DNA from: Minisyncoccota bacterium
GTDB lineage: Bacteria; Patescibacteriota; Minisyncoccia; Phycocordibacterales; SW-6-46-9
Length of the DNA: 64,000 nt
Direction of reading: 5' to 3'
NCBI GenBank assembly: GCA_040905385.1
Contig: JBBDRP010000002.1
Span: forward strand, 395,526-459,525
Shown: positions 35,082 to 45,744 of the stretch, piece by piece
Layout: each line of letters begins with the position of its first letter
Numbering within the stretch: position 1 is the stretch's first letter
Notes under the pieces: generated by a model
The model's database searches: none
Told to the model about the DNA's origin: nothing
The model's input: the letters and a program-made list of their open reading frames with translations, nothing else
Program-made: the position numbers and the translations under genes

Positions 35082-36497
35082 ATGCAACGAACCAAAATCA
35101 GTGACTTACACGAACATATTGGCAAGGAGGTGACAATTAAGGGCTGGGTGGATAGTCGGCGGGACCATGGCAAGCTGGCTTTTTTTGATATTCGTGATGG
35201 CTGGGGAAAGATTCAGACCGTCGTCAAGGGTGAGGTGTATGGGGAGAATGAAAATCTGCGACCCGAGTGGGTGGTGGCTGTAACCGGTGAGGTCAAAGAG
35301 CGACCAGAGAAAATGATCACCGAAGATGAGGCTAATGGTGATCTAGAAATGCTAGTGACCGGCATTGATGTGCTGAACCAGGCAGAAACGCCCCCGTTTG
35401 ATATTTATGAGGATGGATACGAAATTGATGAGGATACGCGGATGAAGTACCGCTATCTGGATCTGCGGCGTCCTCGGCTGCAGAAGAATCTCCGCAGGCG
35501 CAACGAAATCATCCGCTTTTTTCGCGAGTACATGCACAAAAATGATTTTGTGGAAATCGAAACACCGATGTTGATGAAGGACACCCCCGAGGGCTCGCGT
35601 GAGTATGTCGTGCCGTCTCGATTGCATCAAGGAAGCTTCTACGCACTACCACAGTCCCCACAGCAGTTCAAGCAGTTGACGATGGTGGCTGGCTTTGAAC
35701 GGTACTATCAGGTGGCTCGCTGTATGCGTGACGAGGACCTCCGCGGCGATCGTCAGCCGGAATTTACTCAGCTTGACTATGAAATGTCCTTCGTTGACCA
35801 GGAAGATGTACTGCAGTTTACTGAAGAAATGTTTATCCAGCTTGTACGCGAACTATTTCCGGGTAAGAAAATAAAGGATGAGCCATTCCAGCGGCTAACG
35901 TATAAAGAGTCAATGGAGAAGTATGGCAGCGATAAGCCGGACTTGCGCAAGGAAAAGCAGGATGACGACGAGCTGGCCTTCGTGTGGGTGCTGGACTTTC
36001 CGATGTTTGAAAAGAAGGACAACGGCAGCATCGGGACAATGCATCATCCATTCTGCTCGGTAAAGGAAGAGGATAAAGAGCTTTTCCTGCGGGATGATCT
36101 GAGTGAAGATGAACTGCTTAGTATCCGGGCTAATGCGTATGACCTGGTGCTAAATGGCTACGAACTTTCCAGCGGCAGTATTCGTATTCACGAGCCAGAT
36201 GTCCAGCGGCGAATGTTCGCGCTCTTGGAAATCGACAATGAGGAGCAACAGCAACGCTTCGGCCACATGCTGGATGCATTTTCGTACGGTACGCCGCCGC
36301 ATGGTGGTTTCGCCCCAGGTATCGACCGGATTGCCATGCTTCTCTCTGACGAGCCGAATATTCGTGAGGTGATTGCTTTTCCGAAAAATGGGGAAGGAAA
36401 GGACCCGATGATGCAGGCTCCGGCTCCAATCTCTAATGCACAGCTAGCTGAGCTCGGACTTGATATTGTGGCTGACCCTGGCGAAGAGGAGGAATAA
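35082..36497 (+). CDS. aspS: Aspartyl-tRNA synthetase, short type lacking the GAD insertion
   Basis: [47 protein letters not shown]; [13 protein letters not shown] motif 3; internal ATG within ORF 35040. Confidence 0.85.
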   Translation: MQRTKISDLHEHIGKEVTIKGWVDSRRDHGKLAFFDIRDGWGKIQTVVKGEVYGENENLRPEWVVAVTGEVKERPEKMITEDEANGDLEMLVTGIDVLNQAETPPFDIYEDGYEIDEDTRMKYRYLDLRRPRLQKNLRRRNEIIRFFREYMHKNDFVEIETPMLMKDTPEGSREYVVPSRLHQGSFYALPQSPQQFKQLTMVAGFERYYQVARCMRDEDLRGDRQPEFTQLDYEMSFVDQEDVLQFTEEMFIQLVRELFPGKKIKDEPFQRLTYKESMEKYGSDKPDLRKEKQDDDELAFVWVLDFPMFEKKDNGSIGTMHHPFCSVKEEDKELFLRDDLSEDELLSIRANAYDLVLNGYELSSGSIRIHEPDVQRRMFALLEIDNEEQQQRFGHMLDAFSYGTPPHGGFAPGIDRIAMLLSDEPNIREVIAFPKNGEGKDPMMQAPAPISNAQLAELGLDIVADPGEEEE

Positions 36498-36508
36498 GAA
36501 ATTCAGAA

Positions 36509-37210
36509 ATGAAAACAGACTTCGTCGTACAAACCGAAGGTTTCCAGGGACCGCTGAGTACGCTGCTGTCGATGATCGAGAAGCGGAAGCTGTACATTAA
36601 TAATATTTCGCTTGCGAAGGTCACCAATGACTACGTTCGTTTTGTGGCGGATAACCAGGAAACGGTAGAAAATAAAATTGAGTTTGTTCGTATTGCCTCA
36701 ACACTTGTGTTGGCAAAATCAAAGTCGCTTCTACCAGATATAGTTACAAGCGAAGACCAGGAGGAAATCGATGAGCTAGAGGATCGTCTGCGTGCCTATC
36801 AAATTATAAAGAATCAAAAGCAGGTGCTCGCAGATTTGTTTGGTAGCAATATGTTGTTTTCCGTCTCGCCACCTGCACAGGAGACAGCCGAAAATATCTT
36901 TGCACCCGGTACGACGCTTACGGTGAATCTGTTGGCAGATAAGGCTCGGAGATCAATCACGACGCTTCCTAAAGAGAGTCTCCCAACTGCACAGATTGAA
37001 AGAAAGGTGTCGCTGGCTGAGGAGATTGACCGCCTCCGTGATCGCTGTCGACAGACTCGTTCGATCTCATTTTCTGCTGCCGTTCGGTCTGATGACAAGC
37101 GTGATCAGGTGGTGATGTTTGTGGCAATTCTGGAGCTGATTAAGGCCGGAGAATTAGCCGCTGAGCAGAAGGGTATTTTTCGGGATATCAAAATACAGTA
37201 TCAATCATAA
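36509..37210 (+). CDS. scpA: Segregation and condensation protein A (kleisin)
   Basis: FQGPLSTLLSMIEKRKLYINNISLAKVTNDYVRFV N-terminal signature; adjacent scpB. Confidence 0.75.
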   Translation: MKTDFVVQTEGFQGPLSTLLSMIEKRKLYINNISLAKVTNDYVRFVADNQETVENKIEFVRIASTLVLAKSKSLLPDIVTSEDQEEIDELEDRLRAYQIIKNQKQVLADLFGSNMLFSVSPPAQETAENIFAPGTTLTVNLLADKARRSITTLPKESLPTAQIERKVSLAEEIDRLRDRCRQTRSISFSAAVRSDDKRDQVVMFVAILELIKAGELAAEQKGIFRDIKIQYQS

Positions 37211-37212
37211 AT

Positions 37213-37773
37213 ATGCCTGATAAAATTACCGCGAAAATCGAAAGTTACTTATTTTACTCGGGTGATGCCGAGTCATTTTCAACACTGGCTAAGCACTGCA
37301 GTATTTCAAAGCAGGACGTATCCATACAGTTGGATAAACTATCATCTGAACTAACTGACAGAGGGGTTTCACTAATCATTCACGATGAAACGGCTAAACT
37401 GGTTATCGCTAAGGAGTATAGTGAATTCATTGAGGAAATTCGTCATGCATCGATTGACAGTGACTTAACTGATGCGCAGGCCGAGGCACTATCGGTTGTG
37501 GCGTATCTTGCTCCGGTGCAGAAAATGGCCATTGATTTTATCCGTGGCGTGAATTCACGCGCAGTGCTACGGAACCTGGCTGCAAGAGGTCTAGTTCGTA
37601 GCCGGAAGGAGAATAGTATAAAATGCTATGTACTGACCAGTGATGCGCTGGCACACCTGGGTATTTCTGACACTGATCAGCTTCCTGATTATGGGGAAAC
37701 TCGAAATCAGCTGCAGGAGTTCGTGCACTCTGATACGCAGATGTCCCTTGAAATAGAAGGGGATGATGAATAA
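37213..37773 (+). CDS. scpB: Segregation and condensation protein B
   Basis: Winged-helix tandem; AEALSVVAYLAPVQKMAIDFIRGVNSRAVLRNLAARGLV. Confidence 0.75.
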   Translation: MPDKITAKIESYLFYSGDAESFSTLAKHCSISKQDVSIQLDKLSSELTDRGVSLIIHDETAKLVIAKEYSEFIEEIRHASIDSDLTDAQAEALSVVAYLAPVQKMAIDFIRGVNSRAVLRNLAARGLVRSRKENSIKCYVLTSDALAHLGISDTDQLPDYGETRNQLQEFVHSDTQMSLEIEGDDE

Positions 37774-37776
37774 AAT

Positions 37777-38910
37777 ATGAAAAAAACACAAAAAATGAGT
37801 TCATATCTACGCGATAATAAGACATTTGTCATTGCTGTACTTGGGGTACTGACAGTAATTCTTCTTCTGCTGTTTGTGACAACAAAGACCAATGGAGTAT
37901 CTACGATGAATTCAGAACCATCGCTGGCTCAAAATCAGTACCCAATAAAGGACTCTGACGTGCAGGGTGTGCAGTCAGATAATTCCAGAGATGATACGTC
38001 TACGACCACCACCGCTACGAATATAGGAGAAGCTGCTGAAAGTCAGGATATAAATCAAGACGATAATCAGCCGGAGCCAGTAGAACCTGAGCCGCAGGAC
38101 CTATCATCTGTACAAGTTCAAGCTGAGGCAGCTATCGTGTGGGATACTGAGACCGGAACTTCGCTATACGAGAAGAATGTGGATACGGAGATGCCGCTGG
38201 CATCTATAACCAAGCTGATGACAGCGCTGGTAGCAGCCGAGTCAGTTAACAATCCAGATGAGCAGGAAGTTATAATAACGCGAGAGCATTTGGAGGCATA
38301 CGGAACAAGCGGGCTGGTGGCCGGACAGACCTGGAATATTCAGGATCTTATATCCTTTATGTTGATGAGCTCAGCTAATGACGCGGCTCGGGCTGTCGCG
38401 GCACATTCGAGTGAAGAAAAAGCTGACGGCTACTATGCAAAGGCTTTCATTGAGGAGATGAACAACAAGGCGCGTGAGCTTGATCTTGAATCAACGTATT
38501 TTTTTAATCCATCCGGTTTGGATCTAAACGAGACACTCATTAGTGGTGGGTACGGAAATGCACGGGATGTGGCGCGATTATTTGGATATATTCTCCAGAC
38601 AAATCAAGGTATTCTGGAGCCAACCACGGTCTCATCTCGTGTATTTCAGTCCAATGAAGGCGCAACCTATTCGTCTCAAAATACGAACACCCAACTATCA
38701 CGTTTCTCCAATATACTGGGTTCGAAGACAGGGTATACTGTACTTGCGGGAGGGAACTTGGTAATGGGGTTTGATCTAGAAAATCCGGTTGTAATTGTAG
38801 TGCTGGGATCAACAAGACATGGGCGGTTTACCGATATGGAAAAGCTTTATCACGCAACCATCCAACACTTTAATCAACAGAAGACTACAAATGAGATAGG
38901 TATAAATTAA
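37777..38910 (+). CDS. dacA: D-alanyl-D-alanine carboxypeptidase (S11 family, PBP5-like)
   Basis: SITK (SxxK), SSAN (SxN) and KTGYT (KTG) motifs; N-terminal TM anchor. Confidence 0.75.
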   Translation: MKKTQKMSSYLRDNKTFVIAVLGVLTVILLLLFVTTKTNGVSTMNSEPSLAQNQYPIKDSDVQGVQSDNSRDDTSTTTTATNIGEAAESQDINQDDNQPEPVEPEPQDLSSVQVQAEAAIVWDTETGTSLYEKNVDTEMPLASITKLMTALVAAESVNNPDEQEVIITREHLEAYGTSGLVAGQTWNIQDLISFMLMSSANDAARAVAAHSSEEKADGYYAKAFIEEMNNKARELDLESTYFFNPSGLDLNETLISGGYGNARDVARLFGYILQTNQGILEPTTVSSRVFQSNEGATYSSQNTNTQLSRFSNILGSKTGYTVLAGGNLVMGFDLENPVVIVVLGSTRHGRFTDMEKLYHATIQHFNQQKTTNEIGIN

Positions 38911-38917
38911 TAATACT

Positions 38918-39994
38918 ATGTTTGGACTGGAACCGACAACAATTAATGCAATCGTTATTTTTGCACCGGCGGTGGTGTCCTTTTTTATCGGAATCATTAT
39001 AACGCCTGGTATAACTGATTTTTTATATGCAAACAAGATGTGGAAGCAGAAGAGTGGTAAGACGACACCGGATGGTCGAGAGGCCAAGATTTTCAACGAG
39101 CTACACAAGGAAAAGGAGACTGGAACTCCACGTATGGGTGGTTCCATTATCTGGATAGCAGTACTTCTAACCACAGCCCTTTTTGCTTTATTGGGGATGT
39201 TTGAGAGTTTCTGGCTGGAAAAACTTGACTTCTTTAGTCGTTCGCAGACCTGGCTGCCACTTTTTACACTGCTGGGTGGGGCAGTGGTTGGCCTTATTGA
39301 TGACTGGTTTGAGATTGTGGGTACGGAAAGCTATCTGGCTGGTGGATTATCTTTGAAAAAGCGGCTGGGAGTAGTGGCGTTGATGGGAGTTGTTGGCGGC
39401 TGGTGGTTTTTCTCTAAACTCGATATCAGTAGTATCGCTGTACCGTTTATAGGCAGCATCTCTTTGGGGTGGCTGTTCATTCCGTTCTTTGTTGTGGTGA
39501 TGATGGCAGTTTATTCGAGCGGTATTATCGATGGTATTGATGGACTTTCTGGTGGGGTGTTTGCCACTAGTTTCAGTGCCTATGGTGTCATTGCTTTTGC
39601 ATTGGGAATGATCAATCTAGCTGCTTTTTGTTTTGTGATTGTTGGTGGAATACTAGCGTTTCTTTGGTTTAATATTCCGCCGGCTCGATTTTATATGACC
39701 GAAACAGGCACAATGGCACTGACAACCACCTTAGCGGTGGTGGCTTTTCTCACGAATCAGGTGTTTGTTCTCCTGATAATTGGCTTCCCGCTCGTGGCCA
39801 CTACGGCCTCAAGCATTATTCAGCTCTTCTCTGTACGCTTTCGCGGTAAAAAAGTGTTTCGAGTTGCACCACTTCATCATCATTTTGAAGCGATGGGCTG
39901 GTCGGGCGCTAAGGTGACCATGCGGTACTGGGTCGTAAGCGTGGTGTGTGCTATCAGCGGAACGATTATTGCGTTACTTAGTATCGTTGGATAA
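38918..39994 (+). CDS. mraY: Phospho-N-acetylmuramoyl-pentapeptide transferase
   Basis: Ten-TM protein with APLHHHFE motif. Confidence 0.9.
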   Translation: MFGLEPTTINAIVIFAPAVVSFFIGIIITPGITDFLYANKMWKQKSGKTTPDGREAKIFNELHKEKETGTPRMGGSIIWIAVLLTTALFALLGMFESFWLEKLDFFSRSQTWLPLFTLLGGAVVGLIDDWFEIVGTESYLAGGLSLKKRLGVVALMGVVGGWWFFSKLDISSIAVPFIGSISLGWLFIPFFVVVMMAVYSSGIIDGIDGLSGGVFATSFSAYGVIAFALGMINLAAFCFVIVGGILAFLWFNIPPARFYMTETGTMALTTTLAVVAFLTNQVFVLLIIGFPLVATTASSIIQLFSVRFRGKKVFRVAPLHHHFEAMGWSGAKVTMRYWVVSVVCAISGTIIALLSIVG

Positions 39995-39996
39995 AT

Positions 39997-41103
39997 ATGC
40001 CTTCAAAAAAACCAAAACAATGGGATAGCTTATTTTTCTGGCTGGTTCTTACCTTGGTATTTTTTGGTTTTCTCATCTTTATTTCGGCTTCGCTGGGGCT
40101 GTTTGCTCAGACAGAGACAAGCTTTGGATCAATTGCCTTTCGGCAGTTTCTGATTGGTATTGTGTTTGGTTTTGGATTTCTGTGGGGTGTATCGCATATT
40201 CCGTACACATACTGGAAGCGATTTGCTGTTCCATTCTTTTTGCTTTCACTTGGTGCTACACTTCTCGTGTTTGTGCCAAGTATTGGATTTACGTACAACG
40301 GCGCTACCCGCTGGCTTGATATATTCGGCGTATCCTTTCAACCAGTAGAGTTGCTTAAAATTGGTGTTGTGGTCTGTCTAGCTGCCTGGTTTGCTCATAC
40401 TGGTGATAAGATTAGGACTTTTAAGTATGGTGTGCTTCCATTTATTTTTATATTAGCTTTGGTAGCCGGAGTCCTGTTTGCTCAACCAGATACTGGAAGT
40501 TTTCTGGTTATTGGTATGACCGCAGCAGCCGTTTTTGTAGCGGCCGGTGCTCGGTGGACACATATACTTGGAATTGGATCGTTGGGTGGGATCGGGCTAA
40601 CAGCGCTGGTGTATTCGCGGCCATACTTGCAGGAACGATTGATTACTTTTATAAACCCGGCTGTTGATCCATTAGCTGGTGGATATCAGATCAAACAGTC
40701 TTTAATAGCAGTCGGATCAGGGGAATGGTTTGGTCGTGGGCTCGGGCAGAGTATTCAAAAGTTCAACTACGTACCTGAGCCGCTTGGCGACTCCATCTTT
40801 TCAGTCTTTGCTGAAGAATGGGGTTTTATCGGCTCGGTAATCCTTATTAGTCTGTTCGTGGCGATGGCATTACGAGGTTATAAAATAGCTGTAAATTGTA
40901 AGGATACCTTTGGTCAGTTACTGGTCGTGGGATTGGTTACTGCCATCGCGGCGCAGTCATTTGTGAATATTGCTGCGCTTATTGGAGTTATCCCACTTAC
41001 TGGATTACCACTTATCTTTGTTAGTCAGGGAGGATCTGCACTACTGATGGCTTTGGTATCCGTAGGAATAATACTGAATGTGTCACGTTATTCTTCAAAG
41101 TAA
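39997..41103 (+). CDS. ftsW: Cell division protein FtsW / SEDS family
   Basis: Polytopic membrane protein with SEDS signature; position between mraY and murG. Confidence 0.85.
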   Translation: MPSKKPKQWDSLFFWLVLTLVFFGFLIFISASLGLFAQTETSFGSIAFRQFLIGIVFGFGFLWGVSHIPYTYWKRFAVPFFLLSLGATLLVFVPSIGFTYNGATRWLDIFGVSFQPVELLKIGVVVCLAAWFAHTGDKIRTFKYGVLPFIFILALVAGVLFAQPDTGSFLVIGMTAAAVFVAAGARWTHILGIGSLGGIGLTALVYSRPYLQERLITFINPAVDPLAGGYQIKQSLIAVGSGEWFGRGLGQSIQKFNYVPEPLGDSIFSVFAEEWGFIGSVILISLFVAMALRGYKIAVNCKDTFGQLLVVGLVTAIAAQSFVNIAALIGVIPLTGLPLIFVSQGGSALLMALVSVGIILNVSRYSSK

Positions 41104-41152
41104 TACGGAAAAGATGCTACTATTGTAAGTACATGTTTAAGCAGAGGATACT

Positions 41153-42295
41153 ATGCGAATAATTCTTACAGGTGGCGGAACTGGTGGTCATTTTTACCCG
41201 CTTATGGCGGTGGCAGATTCTGTGTATAAACAAGCTAGTAAAGGGAAAATACTGGGAGATCCAGATATATACTATCTTGCTCCAGAACCATACGATAGAA
41301 CTATGTTGAACAAGTATGGTGTTACGTTCCGGTCTGTTCAGGCAGGGAAGTCACGACCGGGATTTTCCTTCAAGAATTTTTTTGATTGGTTTAAGACAGG
41401 ATGGGGAGTTATTAAGGCCATCTGGACAGTGTTTGTAATTTATCCGGATGTAATATTTGCTAAGGGTGGATATGTGAGTTTTCCAGTTCTTTTAGCTGGA
41501 AGATTGCTGCGTATTCCGATTATTATCCATGAGTCTGATAGTGTTCCGGGTCGTGTTAATCGCTGGGCGAGTTCCTTTGCCAAACAAGTAGCCACCTCAT
41601 ACCCACAGGCAGCAAAGTTCTTTCCGGCAGAAAAAGTAGCTCTCACTGGTAATCCGATTCGAATGGAGGTGGCTGACCCAGCTCAGTCAGGAGCACGTGA
41701 GTTTTTGGACATGGACGAGAATATTCCAGTAATATTTGTGCTGGGCGGCTCACAAGGAGCACAAATCATCAACAGTGTTATTTTAGAGACATTGCCAAAA
41801 TTACTAGAATCATACTACGTCATACATCAGGTAGGAGAGAAGAATTTTAAAACCAGCCAAGAGACGACTGATTTTTTCTTTTCGGAGTTATCACGCTCGC
41901 AGCAGGAACTGCGTCGGCGATACAAACCGTTTGGATTTTTGGATGAAAATGCGATGAGAATGGCTGCCGGAGCGGCTGATATTGTTATATCTCGCGCGGG
42001 CTCAACAATCTTTGAGATTGCTGCCTGGGCGGTACCGAGCATCCTGATTCCGTTGGACATTGCCCACGCTGATCATCAGCGAAAGAATGCTTACGCGTAC
42101 GCTGCTACCGGCGCGTCGGTTGTAATTGATGAAGCTAATCTTGGTGATGATATATTACTATCAGAGATTCATAATATAATGGACAATTCCGAAAGGTATG
42201 AGAGTATGACAAAGGCAGCAGCCAGATTTGCTCGGCTGGATGCCGCTGAGGTAATAGCTGGAGAGATTATTCATATTGCTCGAAAGCACATGTAA
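41153..42295 (+). CDS. murG: UDP-GlcNAc:lipid I GlcNAc transferase MurG
   Basis: MRIILTGGGTGGHFYPLMAV G-loop; GT28 fold. Confidence 0.85.
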   Translation: MRIILTGGGTGGHFYPLMAVADSVYKQASKGKILGDPDIYYLAPEPYDRTMLNKYGVTFRSVQAGKSRPGFSFKNFFDWFKTGWGVIKAIWTVFVIYPDVIFAKGGYVSFPVLLAGRLLRIPIIIHESDSVPGRVNRWASSFAKQVATSYPQAAKFFPAEKVALTGNPIRMEVADPAQSGAREFLDMDENIPVIFVLGGSQGAQIINSVILETLPKLLESYYVIHQVGEKNFKTSQETTDFFFSELSRSQQELRRRYKPFGFLDENAMRMAAGAADIVISRAGSTIFEIAAWAVPSILIPLDIAHADHQRKNAYAYAATGASVVIDEANLGDDILLSEIHNIMDNSERYESMTKAAARFARLDAAEVIAGEIIHIARKHM

Positions 42296-42307
42296 TTTAC
42301 GGTAACT

Positions 42308-43669
42308 ATGCCAAAAAAATCACTACAAAACGAGGTTGTGACCCGATTTCCTCCCAGTCCAACAGGGAATTTACATATAGGAGCAGCGCGTACAGCTCTC
42401 TTTAACTGGCTGTTTGCAAAACACCACGATGGTCGTGTTGTACTTCGGTTTGAGGATACTGATGTTGCTCGTAGTGACAAAAAGTATGCTGAAAATATCA
42501 AGGAAGGTCTCGAGTGGCTTGGGATTGATTATGATGGCCCCTACTGGCAGAGCGAACGAACTGATATCTATAAGGGTTATATTGAGAAGCTTCTGGAGTC
42601 GGGAGCGGTGTATGTTTCTGATGAGTCCAAATCAGAGGGCGATCGTGACGAGGTGATTCGCTTTAAGAACCCAAATAAAATTATTACCTTCGAGGATATG
42701 ATTCGTGGTGAGATCAGTGTTGACACGACCGATCTTGGAGATTTCGTGATTGCCAAAAGTGTCGATGAGCCGCTGTATCACCTGGCTGTTGTTGTCGATG
42801 ATCACGAAATGGGAATCACAAACGTAATTCGCGGTGATGAGCATATTGCCAATACACCGCGGCAGCTGCTGCTTCTTGAGGCGATGGAGGTCACGCCACC
42901 AACGTATGCCCACATTCCGCTCATTCTTGGGGATGACGGCAAAAAGCTTTCTAAACGCCACGGTGCGACTGGCCTGGATGTGTACCGTGATATGGGTGTT
43001 CTACCAGAGGGGATGATAAACTACTTATCTCTTCTTGGTTGGCACCCAAGTGATGATCAGGAGATTTTTACACCTAAAGAGCTAATTGCTGCCTTCACAA
43101 TTGATCGTGTACAGAAGAGTCCGGCTACTTTTTCGAAAGAGAAGCTCCGCTGGGTGAATCGCCAGCATATTTTAGAAATGACCGAGGAGGAGTTCTATGA
43201 TGAGGTGAAGGGGCAGATTCCGGCTGATATTACCAAGCTACCGCAGTACCATCTGGATCGGGTGCGAGCATCACTACCAATTTTTCGTGAGCGCATTGAG
43301 TTACTGTCGGATATTGTCGAGATGGCGGAAGCAGGTGAGATGGAGTTTCTTTTCGAGGCACCGGATTATGGAGCCGGGGATATCGCCTGGAAGGATGACA
43401 CTCCTGAGGAGACGGCTTCATATCTACAGAAGGTAGCTGATCTATTGGATGCAGTACCGGCCGATGATTTTGCTACCGAGCTAGTCAAGGACGCTGTCTG
43501 GGATTATGCGAGCGAAATAGGGCGGGGAAATGTTCTGTGGCCGACACGTTTCGCCCTCAGTGGACAGAAGCAATCACCCGGGCCATTTATGATTGCTACC
43601 GCAATAGGGAAGGAGGAGACGGTTTCTCGGCTGCAGACGGCTATCTCTAAGCTAAAGGATGAAAGCTAA
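42308..43669 (+). CDS. gltX: Glutamyl-tRNA synthetase
   Basis: RFPPSPTGNLHIGAARTALFNW (HIGH) and KLSKR motifs. Confidence 0.9.
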   Translation: MPKKSLQNEVVTRFPPSPTGNLHIGAARTALFNWLFAKHHDGRVVLRFEDTDVARSDKKYAENIKEGLEWLGIDYDGPYWQSERTDIYKGYIEKLLESGAVYVSDESKSEGDRDEVIRFKNPNKIITFEDMIRGEISVDTTDLGDFVIAKSVDEPLYHLAVVVDDHEMGITNVIRGDEHIANTPRQLLLLEAMEVTPPTYAHIPLILGDDGKKLSKRHGATGLDVYRDMGVLPEGMINYLSLLGWHPSDDQEIFTPKELIAAFTIDRVQKSPATFSKEKLRWVNRQHILEMTEEEFYDEVKGQIPADITKLPQYHLDRVRASLPIFRERIELLSDIVEMAEAGEMEFLFEAPDYGAGDIAWKDDTPEETASYLQKVADLLDAVPADDFATELVKDAVWDYASEIGRGNVLWPTRFALSGQKQSPGPFMIATAIGKEETVSRLQTAISKLKDES

Positions 43670-44954
43670 TTTATTACAATCAGTTTTTACACTCGTTGTT
43701 GGCAGTATCTTGCTGCTTGTGCCGCTTTCCGCATGGGGACAGTCGTCTAATGAGCTGGAGGCTGAGATTGAGGAGCGCAGCGATCGAATTCGGCAGCTAG
43801 AGGAGGAGATTGGTCAGTATGAGGTCGAGCTGCAGGATACACGTCAGGAATCCTCAACGCTGCAGTCAGCAGTATCCCAACTGGACGAAAATGTTGACCG
43901 TATTTCGGGTCAAGTTGCCAACACACAGTCATCGATTAACAGGACACAGAAGGAGATTGCGAATTTAGAAGCATCAATTAGTGAAATTGAAAGGAGTATC
44001 AAGCAGAATCATTCAGCCATCGCCCAGATGGTGAAGGTAATGCAGCAGAATGATAACCAGACCTTTGTTGAGACAATTCTTAGTGCTGATACCTTTGGTC
44101 AGGCCTGGGAGCGCATTGATCAACTCCAGCAGATTCAGTCTCGTGTCCAAACCCAGCTAGAGGAGCTACGGACGAGTCGCGCCGAGCTTGCTTCTCAGCA
44201 GGCGGAGGCACAAGCCCAGCAGGCAGAGCTTCGTGGCTTACGCAGCGAGTACGCCGACCAGCAGGCGATAGTCGAGGACCAGAAACAGGAAAAGGCACGA
44301 CTGCTGGCAGCAACCAATCAGGAGGCAAGTGAGTACGAGCAGATGATTACGGAGCGGCGTCGGCTTAAAGAACAGTTTGAGGCTGAACTACGATCTTTTG
44401 AGGAGCAGCTAAACGCTCAGGCGAGTGGTGCGACGATCTCAGAGGACTCCGTGAGATTTTCCTGGCCGATCTCGCCAGTGGTGATTACGCAGCTTTTTGG
44501 TGGTACCGAGTTTGCTCGTCGTAATCCTGGTGTATACGGCCGACCATTTCATAACGGAACTGACTTTGGAGCACCAATTGGTACTCCAGTTACAGCTCCA
44601 GCCGGTGGAACTGTTCGTGGCAGTGGTAACACCGACGTTATAAGTGGCTGCTACTCATACGGTAAGTGGATTCTGGTTGATCATCCGACGGGCGTGTCGA
44701 CGCTGTATGCGCACCTATCGCAAATTGCTGTTCAACCAGGAGATCAGGTAGCCAGAGGAGATCGTATCGGTTATGTTGGAAATACCGGCTACTCGACCGG
44801 CCCGCATTTACACTTTACCGTCTACGTTCGTCAGGATGTCGAAATTGTGCGACTTGGCGATGTGAAGACGCGGACAAATTGTGCCTCAGCCGAAATACCG
44901 GTATCACCACTTGACAGTTATCTTAATCCGATGGATTATTTACCATCTAGGTAA
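43659..44954 (+). CDS. M23-family peptidase with N-terminal coiled coil (EnvC-like)
   Basis: Signal/TM, long Q/E-rich coiled coil, C-terminal HNGTDFGAPIGTPV..HLHF LytM motifs. Confidence 0.8.
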   Translation: MKANLLQSVFTLVVGSILLLVPLSAWGQSSNELEAEIEERSDRIRQLEEEIGQYEVELQDTRQESSTLQSAVSQLDENVDRISGQVANTQSSINRTQKEIANLEASISEIERSIKQNHSAIAQMVKVMQQNDNQTFVETILSADTFGQAWERIDQLQQIQSRVQTQLEELRTSRAELASQQAEAQAQQAELRGLRSEYADQQAIVEDQKQEKARLLAATNQEASEYEQMITERRRLKEQFEAELRSFEEQLNAQASGATISEDSVRFSWPISPVVITQLFGGTEFARRNPGVYGRPFHNGTDFGAPIGTPVTAPAGGTVRGSGNTDVISGCYSYGKWILVDHPTGVSTLYAHLSQIAVQPGDQVARGDRIGYVGNTGYSTGPHLHFTVYVRQDVEIVRLGDVKTRTNCASAEIPVSPLDSYLNPMDYLPSR

Positions 44955-44962
44955 TATATATT

Positions 44963-45241
44963 ATGAAGGAGTCTGGATTCATTCGTATAATTTTACTGAT
45001 TGTCGGCGTCATCATTTTACTGATGGTCAGCGGAATCGATGTTCGCGAAACAATCGAGTCAGTAGATGTTAGCAAACAGCTGGCAAATTTCCAGACGACT
45101 GCTATAAATTTTTACACCGGCCATATCCAGGAGCCACTGTATCGATTTGTGATCACACCAGCTGTGACGCTGTACGGATACATCAAACTTTACATAATAG
45201 ATGTTCTTGTTGAATTTATCCAGCAAAACACCGATATATAA
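44963..45241 (+). CDS. Hypothetical small membrane protein
   Basis: 92 aa, one TM. Confidence 0.35.
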   Translation: MKESGFIRIILLIVGVIILLMVSGIDVRETIESVDVSKQLANFQTTAINFYTGHIQEPLYRFVITPAVTLYGYIKLYIIDVLVEFIQQNTDI

Positions 45242-45249
45242 GGTTAAAA

Positions 45250-45740
45250 TACTGATACAGGAGGCAAAATCTTTTAATATCACATAATAAGGCTTATATT
45301 AGGGCTATTTCGCCCAAACGCTCTAATTTGGCCATAGCGCGGTGTTTATACGAAAGAGGTGTCCTTGCACCTATATATGGGGCAAATAAGGCTAATAAGA
45401 GCCTGAATACACGAGAGGGCGTAAATTTATGATCCGGAAAGAGGTAAATCATGCGCAGACAGAATAAAAGCGAAAGTAAAATATAAAAATAAAAATATTT
45501 AAGGTTCAGGAGGGAATCCAGAGAATATTTTCATCATAAAAATCAGCCAGATAGTTGTTGAGGGTTGAGTAATGAAAGAGAAGAGAAGGTACTGTGGATA
45601 AGAGGTAAGTGAAAGCATGTATAATGGGCGCAGTGAATAAGGTTCGCATAATTTAACTTAACCGACTATATAGGGGATATTGAATGGGTCTGAGGCTCGG
45701 ATACAATGTACATAGCTCATTCTGTTAAATCGTAAGTTCT
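45250..45740 (+). ncRNA. ORF-free purine-rich 490-bp region; candidate structured ncRNA (possibly divergent RNase P RNA)
   Basis: No ORF over 60 aa on either strand despite 490 bp; local resemblance to RNase P RNA conserved blocks (GAAAGaGGUG..AUAUGGGGCA; ACACGAGAG; GGUAAGUGAAAGCAUG..GGGCGCAG; ACAGAAU; AUAGGGG); local hairpins GGGCUAUUUCGCCC and GGUGUCCUUGCACC. Confidence 0.3.
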
Positions 45741-45744
45741 ATAT

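Noticed and set aside
45620-45700. dif-like Xer recombination site (GGTTCGCATAA-tttaac-TTAACCGACTA) 75 bp upstream of the xerC-like gene
   Set aside because: The left arm matches the XerC-arm consensus (GGTGCGCATAA) 10/11, but the right arm is a poor match to TTATGTTAAAT and the site is not palindromic. The segment may instead belong to the candidate ncRNA. Left as unconfirmed.
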